Positions 63,722-64,000 of a DNA stretch of 64,000 nt are shown here, piece after piece; the stretch's first letter is position 1, and each line of letters starts with the position of its first letter. The DNA is from a virus. Below the pieces are notes generated by a model. It was not told the DNA's origin. It did no database searches and saw nothing but the letters and a program-made list of their open reading frames with translations. The stretch lies in the IMG/VR virus record IMGVR_UViG_2931133163_000005; one strand, written 5' to 3'. Position numbers and translations under genes: made by a program.

Positions 63722-64000
63722 ATGACGCAGCAGCTCCAGCAGACCCAGCAGATGCAGATGCAGCCGCGGGACACGGATACGCGTCTCGGGATCCTGGAGA
63801 CGGCCGTCTCCGACATCCGCTCAGTGATGCAAGACATCCGTAGCGACCTGAAGACCCGCAGCTCGATCAACTGGGCGCCGGTGAACATCATGCTCGCCGT
63901 CTGCACGGTCGCCGGCGGCATGTTCTTCACGTGGGTCAATTCGAACAACGGTCGCCTCGAGGGCGCGATCGCCAAGGTGGAGGCGCGCACCGAGGCCTAC
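63722..64000 (+). CDS. Coiled-coil + TM protein (XhlA/holin-like), truncated by the window edge
   Basis: RLGILETAVSDIRSVMQDIRSDL then WAPVNIMLAVCTVAGGMFFTW. Confidence 0.55.
   Translation, partial: MTQQLQQTQQMQMQPRDTDTRLGILETAVSDIRSVMQDIRSDLKTRSSINWAPVNIMLAVCTVAGGMFFTWVNSNNGRLEGAIAKVEARTEAY

Larger units (their letters stand above)
1..64000. mobile_element. Temperate (pro)phage with lambda-like head and Mu-like contractile tail; both ends lie outside the window
   Basis: Continuous lambdoid gene order: early left, cI/cro, replication, terminase, portal, capsid, sheath/tube, baseplate, fibres, lysis. No host housekeeping genes seen. Confidence 0.97.

Noticed and set aside
1-64000. Reverse transcriptase systems (DGR, retron), cas genes, tRNA/rRNA, IS transposases, protelomerase/ParAB
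   Set aside because: No matching motifs or cloverleaf structures found by eye; a tool-based scan would be needed to exclude divergent cases.

Overview
The whole 64-kb window is one nearly complete temperate (pro)phage of about 70% GC. The host is probably an alphaproteobacterium of the Methylobacterium/Rhizobiales type; this is inferred from the MucR, GapR and GcrA-like genes, an alpha-type LexA box and gene style. Layout: (1) 1-14.06 kb, leftward early/accessory operon with an Xis-like gene at the edge, GapR/DUF2312, DUF5131, a Myb-repeat protein, a HerA-like ATPase, a GcrA-like protein and an HNH nuclease. (2) 14.06-16.2 kb, immunity region with cI-like repressor, cro, TCCCC-N5-GGGGA operators at two TTGACG promoters, and a LexA-box-controlled small gene. 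(3) 16.2-36.9 kb, rightward early/middle genes: a TAXI solute-binding protein, an MT-A70 methyltransferase, an HTH replication initiator with iterons and GANTC clusters, MucR, an ARC/Mpa-like AAA+ ATPase, Lar, an N4/N6 methyltransferase, and a serine recombinase with a 30-bp palindrome. (4) 36.95-44.2 kb, lambda-like cos/Nu1/A/W/B/D/E head. (5) 44.3-61.2 kb, Mu-like contractile tail with a fibre and a tailspike. (6) 61.3-64 kb, lysis genes: RlpA-like, GH108 endolysin and spanins. The integrase and att ends are outside the window. Several genes carry single extra-base frameshifts, which may be sequencing errors or prophage decay. Best candidates for new biology: coupling to the host cell-cycle/methylation circuit (GapR + GcrA + MucR + dense GANTC clusters at the origin), an SOS-controlled gene inside the immunity region, an orphan proteasome-type ATPase, and a serine recombinase with its own site. 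All family assignments come from motif recognition by eye; no searches were run.
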